Shown piece by piece: positions 10,723 through 22,363 of a DNA stretch of 64,000 bases. The notes beneath the pieces are model-generated. The model saw only the letters and a list, made by a program, of their open reading frames with translations. It was not told where the DNA came from and did not search any database. Location: positions 171,802,001 through 171,866,000 of the forward strand of contig OZ038378.1 in assembly GCA_964036045.1 (NCBI GenBank), read 5' to 3'. The stretch comes from Eutreptiella sp. 'Long Island Sound 2002' (lineage: Eukaryota; Protista; Euglenida). Numbering within the stretch: position 1 is the first letter of the stretch; each line of letters opens with the position of its first letter. The translations under genes were made by a program, and so were the position numbers.

Positions 10723-12914
10723 GACCCCCCCCCGACCCCTGGCAGGAACCCCCCCCCCCCCCGGACCTCCAGCAGGACCCCCCCCCCCACCCGCGGCTCG
10801 ACCCCCCCCCAACTGCCCCCCCCCCCCACAAGTTTTGACAGATAGCTGGGGGGGTGTCGCATCAGGACAAGTTGTAGTTGCCCCCCCCGGGATGGATGTG
10901 TGTCAAGTGGGGTGGGCAACTTGAGCAGCGTGAGTTATGCAACATCATGCTAGGCAGGAGGTTGTTGTCACGGACGGAAATGGAGTCCGTGGCGCTTGCC
11001 GCTATCCTAGTTTGCCCCTTTTGTGATTGCGGGAGGCACGGACAGTGTACATGATTGGCTTGGGCAAGCTCGAATTTGAGGCGACGAGAACCGGCTGGGA
11101 GTGCATGAGGATGTGTGCTTATCGGCGCTCCTTCCAGAAACAAAGCCCCTACCCCGTCCACCACACGAAATCTCCCCTGTGTCCAACTCCTATGATCTGA
11201 ATTTGGTGGGCTTGACAAAGCTGTGGCAGCCTACACCACTGCATAACGTGTGCCATAGCTACGAATCCCCCCCCCCCCCCCACAGCGTCCCCAGCATGGA
11301 GACATGCCTCGCCCGCATGAAGCTATAGGCTACCCAATTCATGCTGTACATACTCTCCGGGCCTGAGTGCCCATGCACACCGTAGGCCGGATGGCCTAAA
11401 CTCAGTCTGGTGTCCGCAAAAAAAAAAGAACCGGCTGGGAGTGCATGTGCAGGATGTTGGGTGTGACTATAGAGATAGTTGGACTTCTTGGATGAAGAGA
11501 GGCGAAGGAGGGGCGAGAAACCGGTGGTTCCTCTCAACTTCAGCAGCCCCAATGAGTTGGAGGCGCAATGGGTTTTGCTCATGGAAGGAGGACCGCAGCA
11601 GGCCCTTGAGTGGCATCGCCACCGTCGAGGTGTGGCTGCGTAGGCCTAGGCGGTAGGAGCGATAGGACCACTTGTGTAGCTCATTTATGGGTGGTGCGGG
11701 CCGAGTGTTATGGTGCGATACACAACACCCACCCACAGAACCACTCATGGACATATCATTCTAGAGTGGCATGATAGTGCAAAAGTGGTCTCGCCTTGAG
11801 TCTACTTCATTTTGCAAATCCACTTAGAAGGTGGGATATTTAGTTTCTCCTATGCGCTTGCTGGCCGGACAAGGTGGAATATTTGGTGCATTGCGATGGA
11901 CTTCACATTTCTTGCATCCAAGGCACCCTACTGTGCCATGTATCATGCGGAATCTTTTTCCTTTTTCAAATTTAGCCATGTATGTTGATCATATCGATAC
12001 GTACTTACTTACCTGGTGTTGTTGTCAACCCCAATATTCAAGGGGTAGTGTTGTGCTTGCCAAGATTCTGTGCCCGTGAGAGCGTGGTGTTGCTGACTAC
12101 CTCTTCATCACGTTTGAGCGCTTTGGGACTTTGGTGACGCATGACTGTGCCCGTACAGCACCATTCCCTCATGTTTGCATGTCTTGTTTTGTATCGCGTG
12201 TCCCTTGCATAGTAATCGCGGGGGCGGGGGGGGGGGGGGGCAAGGGGACTGTCATTTGGGGTATCTTCCCTCGGGGGTGTGAGGATACCGTCGCGCAGAG
12301 GAGGTGTTCACAGACGGTAACTTGGAGAGTTGCCTCTCGGACTCCTAGGCTGTGAAACTGCCTAGCAGATGTCACGGTACTAAGCCCAACCCACCCTCCG
12401 CCCCCCTTGTAATCCCCCACCCACGGGGCGCTTACCTATGAGGTCTGACACCAACCCCCCCCTTTGGACCCCCCAACCCATACTAGTTAGCACCCGGTTA
12501 GAACTGGCAACTTGTGTGCTAGCGGCACCCGGAGTTTTTTTTTTGAGCCCAAAAAATTTACAAAACACTTGACTTCCCCCGACTTGTTTACAAAATGCTC
12601 ACAATGAGTTAGGGAATGCCGTGCCACGTGTCTTCTTCTGTTGCCCGGAAAGCCTTTGCTGATTCATAGGTGCATATGTTGGAATATAGTACTGTTTTTC
12701 ATTTGTGAGTGGTTGACCCAAATTTCAGCCCACTTGTGTATATTCAAAATGCTAAGAATGACATGGGGAATTCAAAAATGCCCCCCAAAGGGAGAAGAAT
12801 TTCCACCCCCCCCCCCCTCTCGGACCCCCGTGCCCACGCCGCGGGGGTTGGTGTCTAGAACTGAACTGCAAAGCCCCCCATGCCCCCTTGCAATCCCCCC
12901 CCCCCCATATGGGG

Positions 12915-13075
12915 GATGACCATGCGCCTGTGACACAGGGGCGTATGCGAGCCCAGTATCTGTTGCCTCATGCCCCCCCCCCCCCCCAGATGGGGAAACA
13001 TTGAACTGAGTGTGGTGATGACCATGCGCCTGTGACACGGGGGCGTATGCGAGCCCAGTATCCGTTGCCTCATGG
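12915..13075 (+). mobile_element. Two tandem short 3'-end fragments of a sister LINE subfamily with an 11-bp TSD
   Basis: GACCATGCGCCTGTGACAC..GCGTATGCGAGCCCAGTATC.GTTGCCTCATG occurs twice. CCCATATGGGG is at 12904-12914 and 13076-13086. Confidence 0.7.
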
Positions 13076-13959
13076 CCCATATGGGGAACCGTCACTTTGA
13101 TTTTCCTTTGACAAGGGGTTGTTGTGTATTGTTCTTTGTGTGCTAGTCCCCAATATCACAGTTGACTCCTTTTCTCGTACAGACACAAATGTATGCCATA
13201 GGCGATCATGTATGGTACCACTCTCGTAGTAGGGGTGGCCCATTGTTGGCAACTGTCATTGGGCCCTCATCCTCTGGTCTCGAGTTCCTCCACATTCAAT
13301 ACTGGGGTAATGTCAACGAACAAGAGCCAAGAACCTCCTGAACACTGCAGTGGCTACGATCCCAGCTTTGAGGGGCCGAGGGGAGCGTTTGAAAACCTCG
13401 AATGCGACTCAACGCTATGGACCATAGTGCAGAGTTATCTCGGTTGGAAGCTATACGGGCATCATTTGCGGTATCACCTGGATCTCTTGACCACTCTTCA
13501 CAACAAGCACTCGCAGCTACACCACAAGCACCTGCACCCACACGTCAGGCACCTGTACCAAAATTTGTACCCAAGCGTGGTCTGAAACGGACCCTCCAAA
13601 CATTTATGGACCAGCTTTTGAAGCCCAATACCCCTCCCTTGCCATAGATGGCACAAATTTTGATTCAGATTCAGATTCTTATGATGACTATGACGGTGAG
13701 GCATTGCCGATGCCTTCCTCCTCTGATTGTGACTCACAAGCAGAGGACAATGATGATGAGCCTGAGGTGAGGGTGGTATGGGCAAAGGCTGCCCGTGGGG
13801 TTTGGGGACAAGGTCATGTGTTCGAGGGTAAATTGTGCTTGAACCGTGATATTTGCAAGGAGGATCGTATTCCCGAGCAGGTGAAGGTACCTGTAAGGTC
13901 CAAGCCAGCCAAGCCTGCTGCTAAAAGGGCTGCCAAGAAGGCTGCGGCGTCGAGCACCA

Positions 13960-14850
13960 TCATCGTCCAATCCTCAGCCTATCTGTGAAATGCCCACCGA
14001 ACATGTCCAAGAGTTCAAGGTCGTTTGCACTCGCAAGAAAAATTTTAATACAACGATCCGCCAGAATCTTCGAGGTCCAATAAAGGGGTTTAACTCTACC
14101 CTTGGGGGAAGGGATTTTTCTCTTGAGGCAATCGCCTGAAACCTCAACTTCCCTGTTGACATCCACACGGATGCTCCACCTGTTGTCTCCCAGCAAACGG
14201 CCCCTCCCACAGTGGAAGAAGCGTATCATCTCCGTCTAGAGTGGTTTCGTATTTTCGAAGCCAAAGTTGATCATCCACTTCAATATTGTGTGGCTGTTTT
14301 CGGCCCTGATTTTGGACCCAACGCCAGTCAGCCTGATGCTTATCAATGAATTTAGAGACAGTTGCTCTTTCAATTTCGTCCAGGAACAACGAAGCATCTT
14401 TGCAGGGGCGAGGATTATTTAGCGGCAGGTTTCACCAACACTTCTTTCGCCCAAAGACAATTTCATTTGGGGAAAGGCCGTGATATAAAGGCGTGTTGTG
14501 ATAACGGCGAAGCAATGCAAAGAGAATCTCAAGCCAATGGAAGTCCTCCTCACTGGCGAGGCATTGTTGGGACTAAGCATTCAATTCAATTTCTTGAAAG
14601 AATTGTTTTTCAAAAAAAAATTTCAATTTTTTTCTCAATTTTTTTGTGTCGCATTAAGTCATAGGTGCCTTACGGAGCATATTCGTCAAAGAGCGGCCGG
14701 CTCTCTCGCCTGGCACCGCCCTGTGTGAGTGGACTTCACACCTTAAGTGATGGATTCCAAGGCGAGTACAAAGTTCCCTCCACCATTCGGAGGTGTACTC
14801 CTTGCTTGAGTCCGCAATCACCTCAGATGGGGCGTCCCAACCTCCCATCC
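13960..14850 (-). pseudogene. Ty3/gypsy integrase remnant (core, GPY/F motif, possible chromodomain)
   Basis: VIADSSKEYTSEWWRELCTRLGIHH..GER (14654-14848) and LLPLWEGPF (14144-14389); multiple frameshifts. Confidence 0.7.
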
Positions 14851-15659
14851 AAGTCTGCGCGCACCATTTGGTGGCATATGTGTCACACGTGTTGAGGATG
14901 TGGAATTCACAGCTTTGGTCTTATGTTGTGTGCTCTGAAGAGAAGGGTTCGGGGTTGGTTTTGGCCTGCTTGAGGGGCTTCTCTCAGTCTCTAGGGTAGG
15001 GTAAAGTTGGGACTAAAGTTGGGATACTTAGTACAAAGTACCATGCCTGGGAGGATGGCGGGTAGGCAACAAGGTACGGTAATGTACAGTCTCAAACAAT
15101 GAGTGTGAAGAGCCGGAACATCACCGCACAATGTCGAATAGTTGCTGATTGCACCGGATAGTATGAAAAAAAAACACAAAAGTACCATGCCTGGCAAACA
15201 TCATCCTTGAGATTTTCATGGACTATCTTCCTTAATGAAGGTGATAGCGCCAATGATTTCAGTGCTATTATCACCCTAACTAGAAAGTGCCATACATGAA
15301 CACATTTTCTTGCTTTCTTACCTCCACTCATAGTTTTGGCAGTCCACAGAATCTCCATGACTGATCGGGTCGCTTCTTGCTAAACGGGCCTAGGGCCTAG
15401 GGCTCGTGGCTGATTTAGTGTCAGCAGGATTTTGGAAGCCCAGAGTCAGAAGTGTATAAGCCGGGGGGGGGGGGGGGTCCACGAATCCTAGGACTCCAAC
15501 CCCCCCCCCCCCCCCCCCCTAGGGGGCCTCCGGCCAACACTTAGTTGCCAAAGGTGCCACCGTCAAGAGTCCTTGGGCGCCAAAGGTGCCCGACGCTCCA
15601 TGGGCACCAAAGCCGCCCGAAGGAAAATTTTTTCCACTTCGCACCCCAACACTATCCTT

Positions 15660-15836
15660 GAACCCAACCGTGACCCTAACACCCAGCCCAACCCTTAGCC
15701 TAGTCCTAACCCTACCCCTACCCCTAACCCTAACCCTAGCATTCTGAACATTGCTTGCACTAACGTCGCTAGTACTTCGGAGCATGAGTCATCTTCATTA
15801 TGGCCTAACCCTAGCCCTAACCCTAACCAAGATTGA
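15660..15836 (+). repeat. Interstitial degenerate telomeric (CCCTAA)n blocks
   Basis: CCCTAAC/CCCTAC/CCCTAG arrays. An opposite-orientation TTAGGG block lies at ~17592-17625. Confidence 0.7.
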
Positions 15837-17271
15837 ATATTGGGACCGAGCTGGTGGGGGATGGAACACCGTCTAGGAGACTTCAACGACAAATGAGGTA
15901 CACACTGGAAAGTGGATGAGAGCGGGTCAAAGGGGGCTCAAAACGAGCTATATTCATCCATTTGGGCACCACAACTGGACTGGGATCATTTTTGGAAAAT
16001 CATGGTTTTGACCCATTTTTGAGCCATTTGTGATCCCAAATTGGCCCATTTTCAAGGCCATTTCTGCCTTGAGAGGGGCCAAAGTTGCTCAACATGGGCT
16101 CAAAATGGGCTCATTCCACTTGTTTGTGCACCCCAAATAGTCCAAAAGTATCTTTGGAAAAAAAACCATCTTTGATGCATTTTTTGACTAACTTTTGGTC
16201 CCAAATGGGCATTTTGTGACTCTAGAATGGCCAAAATGGCTTGCACTGGGCTCAAAATGGGCTCATTTCACTTACTTGTGCACCCCAAATGTTCTAGGAT
16301 CATTTTTGGAAAAACACATTTTTGACCCATTGTTGACCCATTTTTGGTCACAAAACAACCCATTTTCAAGGCATTTTGTGACTTTGGAGGGGCCAACATG
16401 GCTTGCAATGGCTCAAAATGGGCTCATTTCACTTGTTTAGGCACCCCAAATGGTCTAGGATCATTTTTGGTGAAACACATTTTTGACCCATTTGTGACCC
16501 ATTTTTTGTCCTAAAACAACCCATTTTCAAGGCATTTTGGGATTTGAGGAGGGCCATAACGGGCTAACACGAGCTCAAAACTCGCCAAAAACACTTGTTT
16601 TGGCATTCCAAGTGCTCCAGGATCATTTTTGAAAAAGAGTCATTTTTTTTACACCCGGTGGGTCTTGTTGACCCATCTTGGCACCCACCTCTTTGGGCTA
16701 CCTCTTGCAGCTTGCTGCAGCCCACTAGGTACTGGGGTCTAGGTGTTGGTAAGGGCAATTTTGAGGGGTGGAACCCACCAAAAGTGGGTGGTTGCGGGTG
16801 GAATAGGTGCGCTCGAAATCGCGTTTTGAGCCGCGTAGCCCAAGATATGGTCTGTTTTTGGTTTGGGGCTGTTGGCCGCCAATGTGCACAAATTCTTGGG
16901 CTTTTGGGGGTCTTTTGGGGGCGGTTCGCAGACATATTGTGGAGTTCGAGGGCCCTAGAGGGCTCTTTGGCATGGGGAAGTCTAGCTGCATGTGTAGAGT
17001 AGCCACTGTTTCCCTTCATTTGGCCATTTTCAGCAGGTGCTAGGGCGGTTTTGGGCAAAAAACAAGCTGATTTTAGCCCGAAATTGCACATTTTGAAATG
17101 GAGCCCGTTCCCGGCCGCCACCGTTGAGGTTCTGTCTCATACTTTGTGTGGTTGTCCCTCACACCCACAGGTAGTATCCACCAAAATTTTGGTCGAATCC
17201 GAAGCACCACAAGGGACCTGTGATTTTTGCCCATTTTTCGCGTGCTTGCTGCTTGCTTGTTGCTTGCTTGC

Positions 17272-17302
<31 letters not shown>

Positions 17303-17466
17303 GCTTGCTGCTTGCTTGCTTGCTGCTTGCTGCTTGCTTGCTTGCTGCTTGCCAAACCTGTTAGGTCCACCCTAGACACTACTGAGGGTTATAAAACCAA
17401 GACTAGTTCCACCTGCTCGGTGACCTTAGCCCTAACCCTAGCCGTCGCCCTAACCCTACGCTAGGG
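15812..17466 (+). mobile_element. Telomere-repeat-flanked non-coding element, copy 3, with ~125-bp internal tandem subrepeats and (GCTT)n
   Basis: Subterminal IR at 15845-15857 and 17409-17421 (1 mismatch). Subrepeats ~15930-16640, microsatellite ~17243-17350, terminal hairpin CCCTA-CGC-TAGGG at ~17454-17466. Confidence 0.7.
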
Positions 17467-17747
17467 TCACAGTTATTGTTGGGGTCCAAAATGGAGAGCA
17501 ATGATGTGGCAAAAGCAGCCATGAACGAAATTTGGGGGATCTTGTTCAGCCAAATCAACATGGCTAGCATGGCTGAACCAGCTCGTTGCAAAGGTTAGGG
17601 TTAGGTTTAGGGTGATGGTATGGTTAGAGGGAGGGCAAAGGGAGTTAAGGAGAGCTTGTGATGGACCAACGCTTGGCTTTGGGGGCATGTACCCCCCAAA
17701 TCGCCCCACCCGGACTGCCCCCCGGGCAAAAGCCCCCCCCCCCCCCA

Positions 17748-20700
17748 TTGTATCGGTTAATGCGGGAGTTGCAGGAGCGAAAGAAACTTCAACAGCTGGT
17801 ATCCAGGACAGGCTCGGCGATACGGGGGGCAAAGACGGTGGCAAAAGAGTTGGTGGACCATTGGGACAAAGTGTCCACACCGACGGGATCCACCGAAGAA
17901 GATTGTGTGGCCTATCTGAAGTCGTTAGGAGTGGAACAGCGGCTGCGCAAGGCAGGTCGACTTCTTTTCAAGCAACCATCCCTGGACATTGTTCATGAAG
18001 GCCTTAAGAGGCTGAACAGCAACAGCTCCCCTGGATTGGATGGTTTCTTGGCAAAATTCTTCAAGAGGTTCTCGGACATCTTCGAACCGCAAATGTATGA
18101 CTCAATGAAACATTTCCTCGAAGTGGGCAAAATGCCGGAGACATGGACCTCGGGAGTGGTGACAATGATTCCCAAGACGAAGGCGATGCAAACACCAGAT
18201 TCGCTCCGACCAATTGCACTGCAAACTACAAGGCAGAAGTGGCTCACCAACATCCTCCTGATCCAGTTAGAGGATGTACTTCTCCACTGTATCCCGTCAC
18301 AGCAAACAGGTTTCCTTCGACACAGAAGCATACTTCAGCATGTCTATGGGTCACGGGCACTCTGGGATGGCCTAAGTGAAGGAGCGGCGTTATCAGTGGA
18401 CTTCAGAAATGCCTTCCCCACGATGTCTCACGAGATGGTGTCGGCAGCTCTGGGTCTAATGTGCATACCATTCTTGTATATCCGTCTGATTCTACACCTT
18501 TTGCGAGCTCCGTATCTATACTCCGTTGGAAAAGGATACGTCCCAGGCGTATACCACCACCCGAGGGCAGGCACACGCCAGGGGGATCCACTCTCCCCTG
18601 CGCTGGTCTCCCTGGTGGCATCCTTTGTGATTTTCCCACTACAAGACCTGGGTCCAGTACTGACTGTCATGATGTATGCAGATGACCTCATCATTTTCTT
18701 TGATGGAAGAGCCAACCCACAGCTGTTGAAAAGGGTATGGGAAGTGGTTTCACGTTTCGGACAGTTTTCGGGGCTGAAGGTCAACCTGAATAAAACGGCA
18801 GCGATAGTTCGCAATTGTGGGGGAATGGAGTGGGCGAGGTGCTTTCGGGACATTGGAGTGGATGTCAAAAACTTCGTCAAGTATCTGGGTGTACGCTTGG
18901 GGAACATTCGGCACCAACAAGACGACCAAGGATGGGGGCTGACGATGGAGCAGGCCTTCGCACCAGCACTGCAAGAGGCCTTCCGTCGCGCAAGGGTGGT
19001 ATCCACGTTGCAACTGTCCATGAACGAACGAGCATTCATGCTGACATCATGGATTCTGCCGGTTGTGGCATGGGTATCCAAGGCATATTACGCCCCAGTC
19101 TCGGTGGTCGGACAACTGAAGTTGGTGTATCACGTGACTATGGGTACCAACAGCTGGGGAATCACCTTACCAATCCTCTCATGTCCAAGAACGCAAGGGG
19201 GACTGGCACTACCAGAACCAGAACTGTTTCTTATGCACCAGGCGGCGGCTCCGTTCGTCAGCCTGTTGGGAGACCCTCACAAATTCCCTGACAAGGCAGT
19301 GGAGACCTTCTATGCATGGGCAACAGCCATAGGGTTCACACCATCCAAGGACAACCTTCCATATATTCAACTGGGCATGGTCCGAACGGCCGATCTTACA
19401 TTTCTGGGATGGTCGGCGAAGGCACATTCCAACATTCAGCGAGTGGCCCCGCAGGTGGCCCCCCCGGCAAACCGGGACCGCCTGCCGTTGTGGCACTCTG
19501 TGTATTTCCGAAATGAGTTCCGCTGCTCCTACTACAACACGAAATTGATCCGGCAGGGGGTGCTGACGTGGGGTCAATTCCAAAGCTTGGAGGACGCAAG
19601 ATTGTTCAATGCACTGCCTCGGACATGGAAAGGGGTCTACAATCATGGCGGACGACTCCTCAACAAAGTCATGTCACAAGGGGGGTTTGATACCCCCGCA
19701 GTCCATACCCAAAACTGGACCAGGGCATGGCTGCTCCAGTTCTACGCCTCTCAGCCAGGGGTCCGCGACCCGCAAACACCGGAGGTATGGGTACAGCTGG
19801 CACAGGCACAGCTACCACCGAGGGCTCAAGACTTTGCGCGAAAGGCGCTGTGGCACAAACTGACCGTACATGCAAGAGTATACAAGAGGTCAGGCACTGA
19901 CAAGTGCCCGGTTTGCTCACAACAGGAGACGATCAAACACGCGATGGTCGAATGCCCCATGTTCAAAGCAGCAGCGGCGGTTATACAGCACTACTATGGC
20001 CAGGTGACAACTGATAACGGGACATCCACAGTTCGAGATATGATGGAGTCCGACGACCAAGAATGGTTGCTGAAAACGAACCAAGGCTGGGCGATGTGGT
20101 CAGCAAGAAGTGCCCACTGGCGATATCGATGCGAAGTCAGAAGGCAGGAGCGTCGCCGGTGTTCGTGTCATACCTTACAACATGGCTAAGGAAGCTATGT
20201 GAGTGGGTGGGATTTTACACAGGGGAGCACAGGGAACAATGGAAAGGATTTCAAAAATCGCTGGAACAACTTCGAGACACCGGAGTGCAGCCACGACAAG
20301 GGGAAGTGCAAGTACATGGGGGACTGAATGCGTGGTGGCAAACACACACGGAATGCTTCACCCAAGAAAAGTCAGCCGACAATCAAAGTTGGCAAAGGGC
20401 AACGGAGTCACGCCCGAAGCGCCCGAGGCAGGCAGGCCCGGGAGTGCTACAAGGAGTGCAAGAACTGATTGCAGAACTGGTGGAGCAGGGCTACAGGATA
20501 GTGTACAGTGATGGATCGTCGAAGCGACTGGGCCTCAAGGACATGCGCAGGGCCGGGGGATTTGGCGTGTTCGCGGCGGAAGACGACCAAGGACCAGAGG
20601 TGCGCTTCTGTGGCTACGTACCAACACATTACAGGCAAACAAACAACGGAGCAGAGCTTTGGGCAGCCGTGGAAGCCTTACAGGGTTTCTGGGTGCCAAA

Positions 20701-21319
20701 ACTGGCAATCCTCACCGACTCACAATACCTGCAGCTGGGAGCGACTGGCAGGGCCCAACACTGGAAGTCAAAGGGATGGACAACCACATCTGGAAAACTG
20801 CAAGTCCACGTCCCAGTCTGGGAAATGCTGCTCCAGGAAATGGCGACGCCGGGAAGAGAAGTCAGGTGGGAACATGTCCCAGCACATGTCAACGTGCAGG
20901 GAAATGAGATGGCGAATGGATTGGCCATGGAAGGCATGTGTTCAAGCCCACTGTGGTCACAGCATGTTGCACCAAAATCATCATCTGGGTCAGAGTCCAC
21001 GGTAGGTTTGAGGGGAGGGTGGGGATCAGAGTCAGAGGGCACAAGGGCACTCTGGTCGTCCCTGGGTATAGTACCCATGGACAGTGATGAACTGACAGGG
21101 GAAGCATCCGGGGAGCCAGCGCCACGTGGGATGGGACCGTACTCCTCAAGCAATACAGAAAGTGAGGAAATGAGACCAGGACACACACACCAGGGAGTGC
21201 TGTCGAGTGCACTGTCAGCAGCAGACACACTGTCCTTCAGCACTGATGTGAGTGACACCAGGCGACAGCGCAAGAAGCGAAGGCTCAGGAAACGCAGGAA
21301 CCCAGGACAGGGTCGATAA
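17748..21319 (+). pseudogene. LINE ORF2 remnant: reverse transcriptase + zf-RVT + ribonuclease H, one frameshift near 20145-20150
   Basis: RT motifs SSPGLDGF, RPIAL, VDFRNAF, GTRQGDPLSP, MYADD, GLKVNLNKT, KYLGV, GGLAL. Zinc finger CPVC..TIKHAMVEC. RNase H motifs YSDGSS, TNNGAEL, ILTDSQY, WKSKGW, HVPAH..GNEMANGLA. Confidence 0.92.
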
Positions 21320-21555
21320 TGCCAGAGCCAGAAGCCCTTGCACAATGGAACAGACATCCCACAGGCACCAAGCACAGCAATGCATGCCTGAAACACCTGT
21401 GTTCTGACGCAGAGTCTGCATCACATGAGCTGCGTTTTGTCGCAGTAGAGCTTGCAACACATGGGCTGCGTTCTGCCGCAGTGAGCAGCAGCACGCAAAG
21501 GAGCACGCCAAGCAGCTGAACGCCGCGTCCTGTCGCGGAAAGGCACCCAGGCGTT

Positions 21556-22197
21556 ATGCCGTCTGGGAGGACACAGCAGGAGAAGGGATCTCACCAGCAG
21601 CGGTATGGCCCATACACACACATCCAGCCAGCCCCAAAGAAGGTCAAGCCTCAGCAAGAACGCCAGCGTTTCAAGGTGCAAGCACTGAGTCAGCTGGACG
21701 CCATTGCGAACGAAGGACTGCAAGCAGTTGAAGCAGAACTGACCACAATGGCCTGGGCCCGCAATCAGCAGATCTGGCTCCGACTGGACCAACCACATGG
21801 CACCAGGATGCACTGTGAGATTGTGGACAACCATGGGGAACCACTGCAGATGAGCAATCAGGAGCTCTACTCGGTGATGGTCCAGATCAACCGGACCCTG
21901 AAGACCCAGGCTCTGGCGAACATGCAGGTCCAGTGGCGACCCAAAAGTGCAGGCATGTGGCACCCGTTCCAGTGGGAGGCGATCCTCCACTGTCCGACGG
22001 CAGAAGGACACAGAGCGGTGCCCTCCTCGGTAAGCAGAGTTGGCGATTGCATGCATGTGTGGCTGGCAGGCCGAGCGGACCTCTTGCGATTGTTCCAAAG
22101 AACGCTCTTCAGGCAGGCGGACCTGGTACCCGGGGACGCTGTGCGGTTCCTCTACACACTGCTGAACACACCCCCATGCGAAAGAAGATACGCATGA
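21556..22197 (+). CDS. LINE accessory ORF3, 213 aa, unknown function
   Basis: Intact ORF downstream of the RNase H ORF. Versus copy A, about 15 synonymous and 7 non-synonymous codon differences over ~99 codons (counted by hand). A diverged homologue lies at 7093-7767. Confidence 0.8.
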   Translation: MPSGRTQQEKGSHQQRYGPYTHIQPAPKKVKPQQERQRFKVQALSQLDAIANEGLQAVEAELTTMAWARNQQIWLRLDQPHGTRMHCEIVDNHGEPLQMSNQELYSVMVQINRTLKTQALANMQVQWRPKSAGMWHPFQWEAILHCPTAEGHRAVPSSVSRVGDCMHVWLAGRADLLRLFQRTLFRQADLVPGDAVRFLYTLLNTPPCERRYA

Positions 22198-22257
22198 CAG
22201 GGGGTGATAAAAAGGAGAAGAAGAGAGGAGCGCATGGTGCCATGGTGCAGATAACCC

Positions 22258-22363
22258 ATCGTCGTGGCCCAGTGGATACACCACACCTCTTCTGTCCCGT
22301 GGAGGATGGTTCGAACCCCGGGGGGGATAGAGATGCACCGAACAACCCGAACCCCCCTTTTTT
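22258..22363 (+). ncRNA. tRNA-derived Pol III cassette inside the LINE 3' region (copy B)
   Basis: A box TGGCCCAGTGG 22265-22275, B box GGTTCGAACCC 22308-22318, T6 at 22358-22363. Confidence 0.6.

Noticed and set aside
13208-13988. Host gene with acidic and Lys/Ala-rich segments
   Set aside because: Frameshifted, no splice signals, and it abuts the gypsy remnant; probably a decayed transposon ORF that I cannot assign.
15930-16640. CRISPR-like or structured RNA array
   Set aside because: The units are degenerate tandem repeats without unique spacers, no cas genes are present, and the context is eukaryotic.
17658-17747. N-terminal extension MMDQRLALG..PPPPP of the 843-aa RT ORF
   Set aside because: Lies outside the inferred TSD; it is flanking sequence that happens to be in frame with the truncated LINE.
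22258-22335. Functional tRNA gene (also 4632-4703)
   Set aside because: The acceptor and anticodon stems pair poorly and differ between copies; treated as tRNA-derived, not a decoding tRNA.
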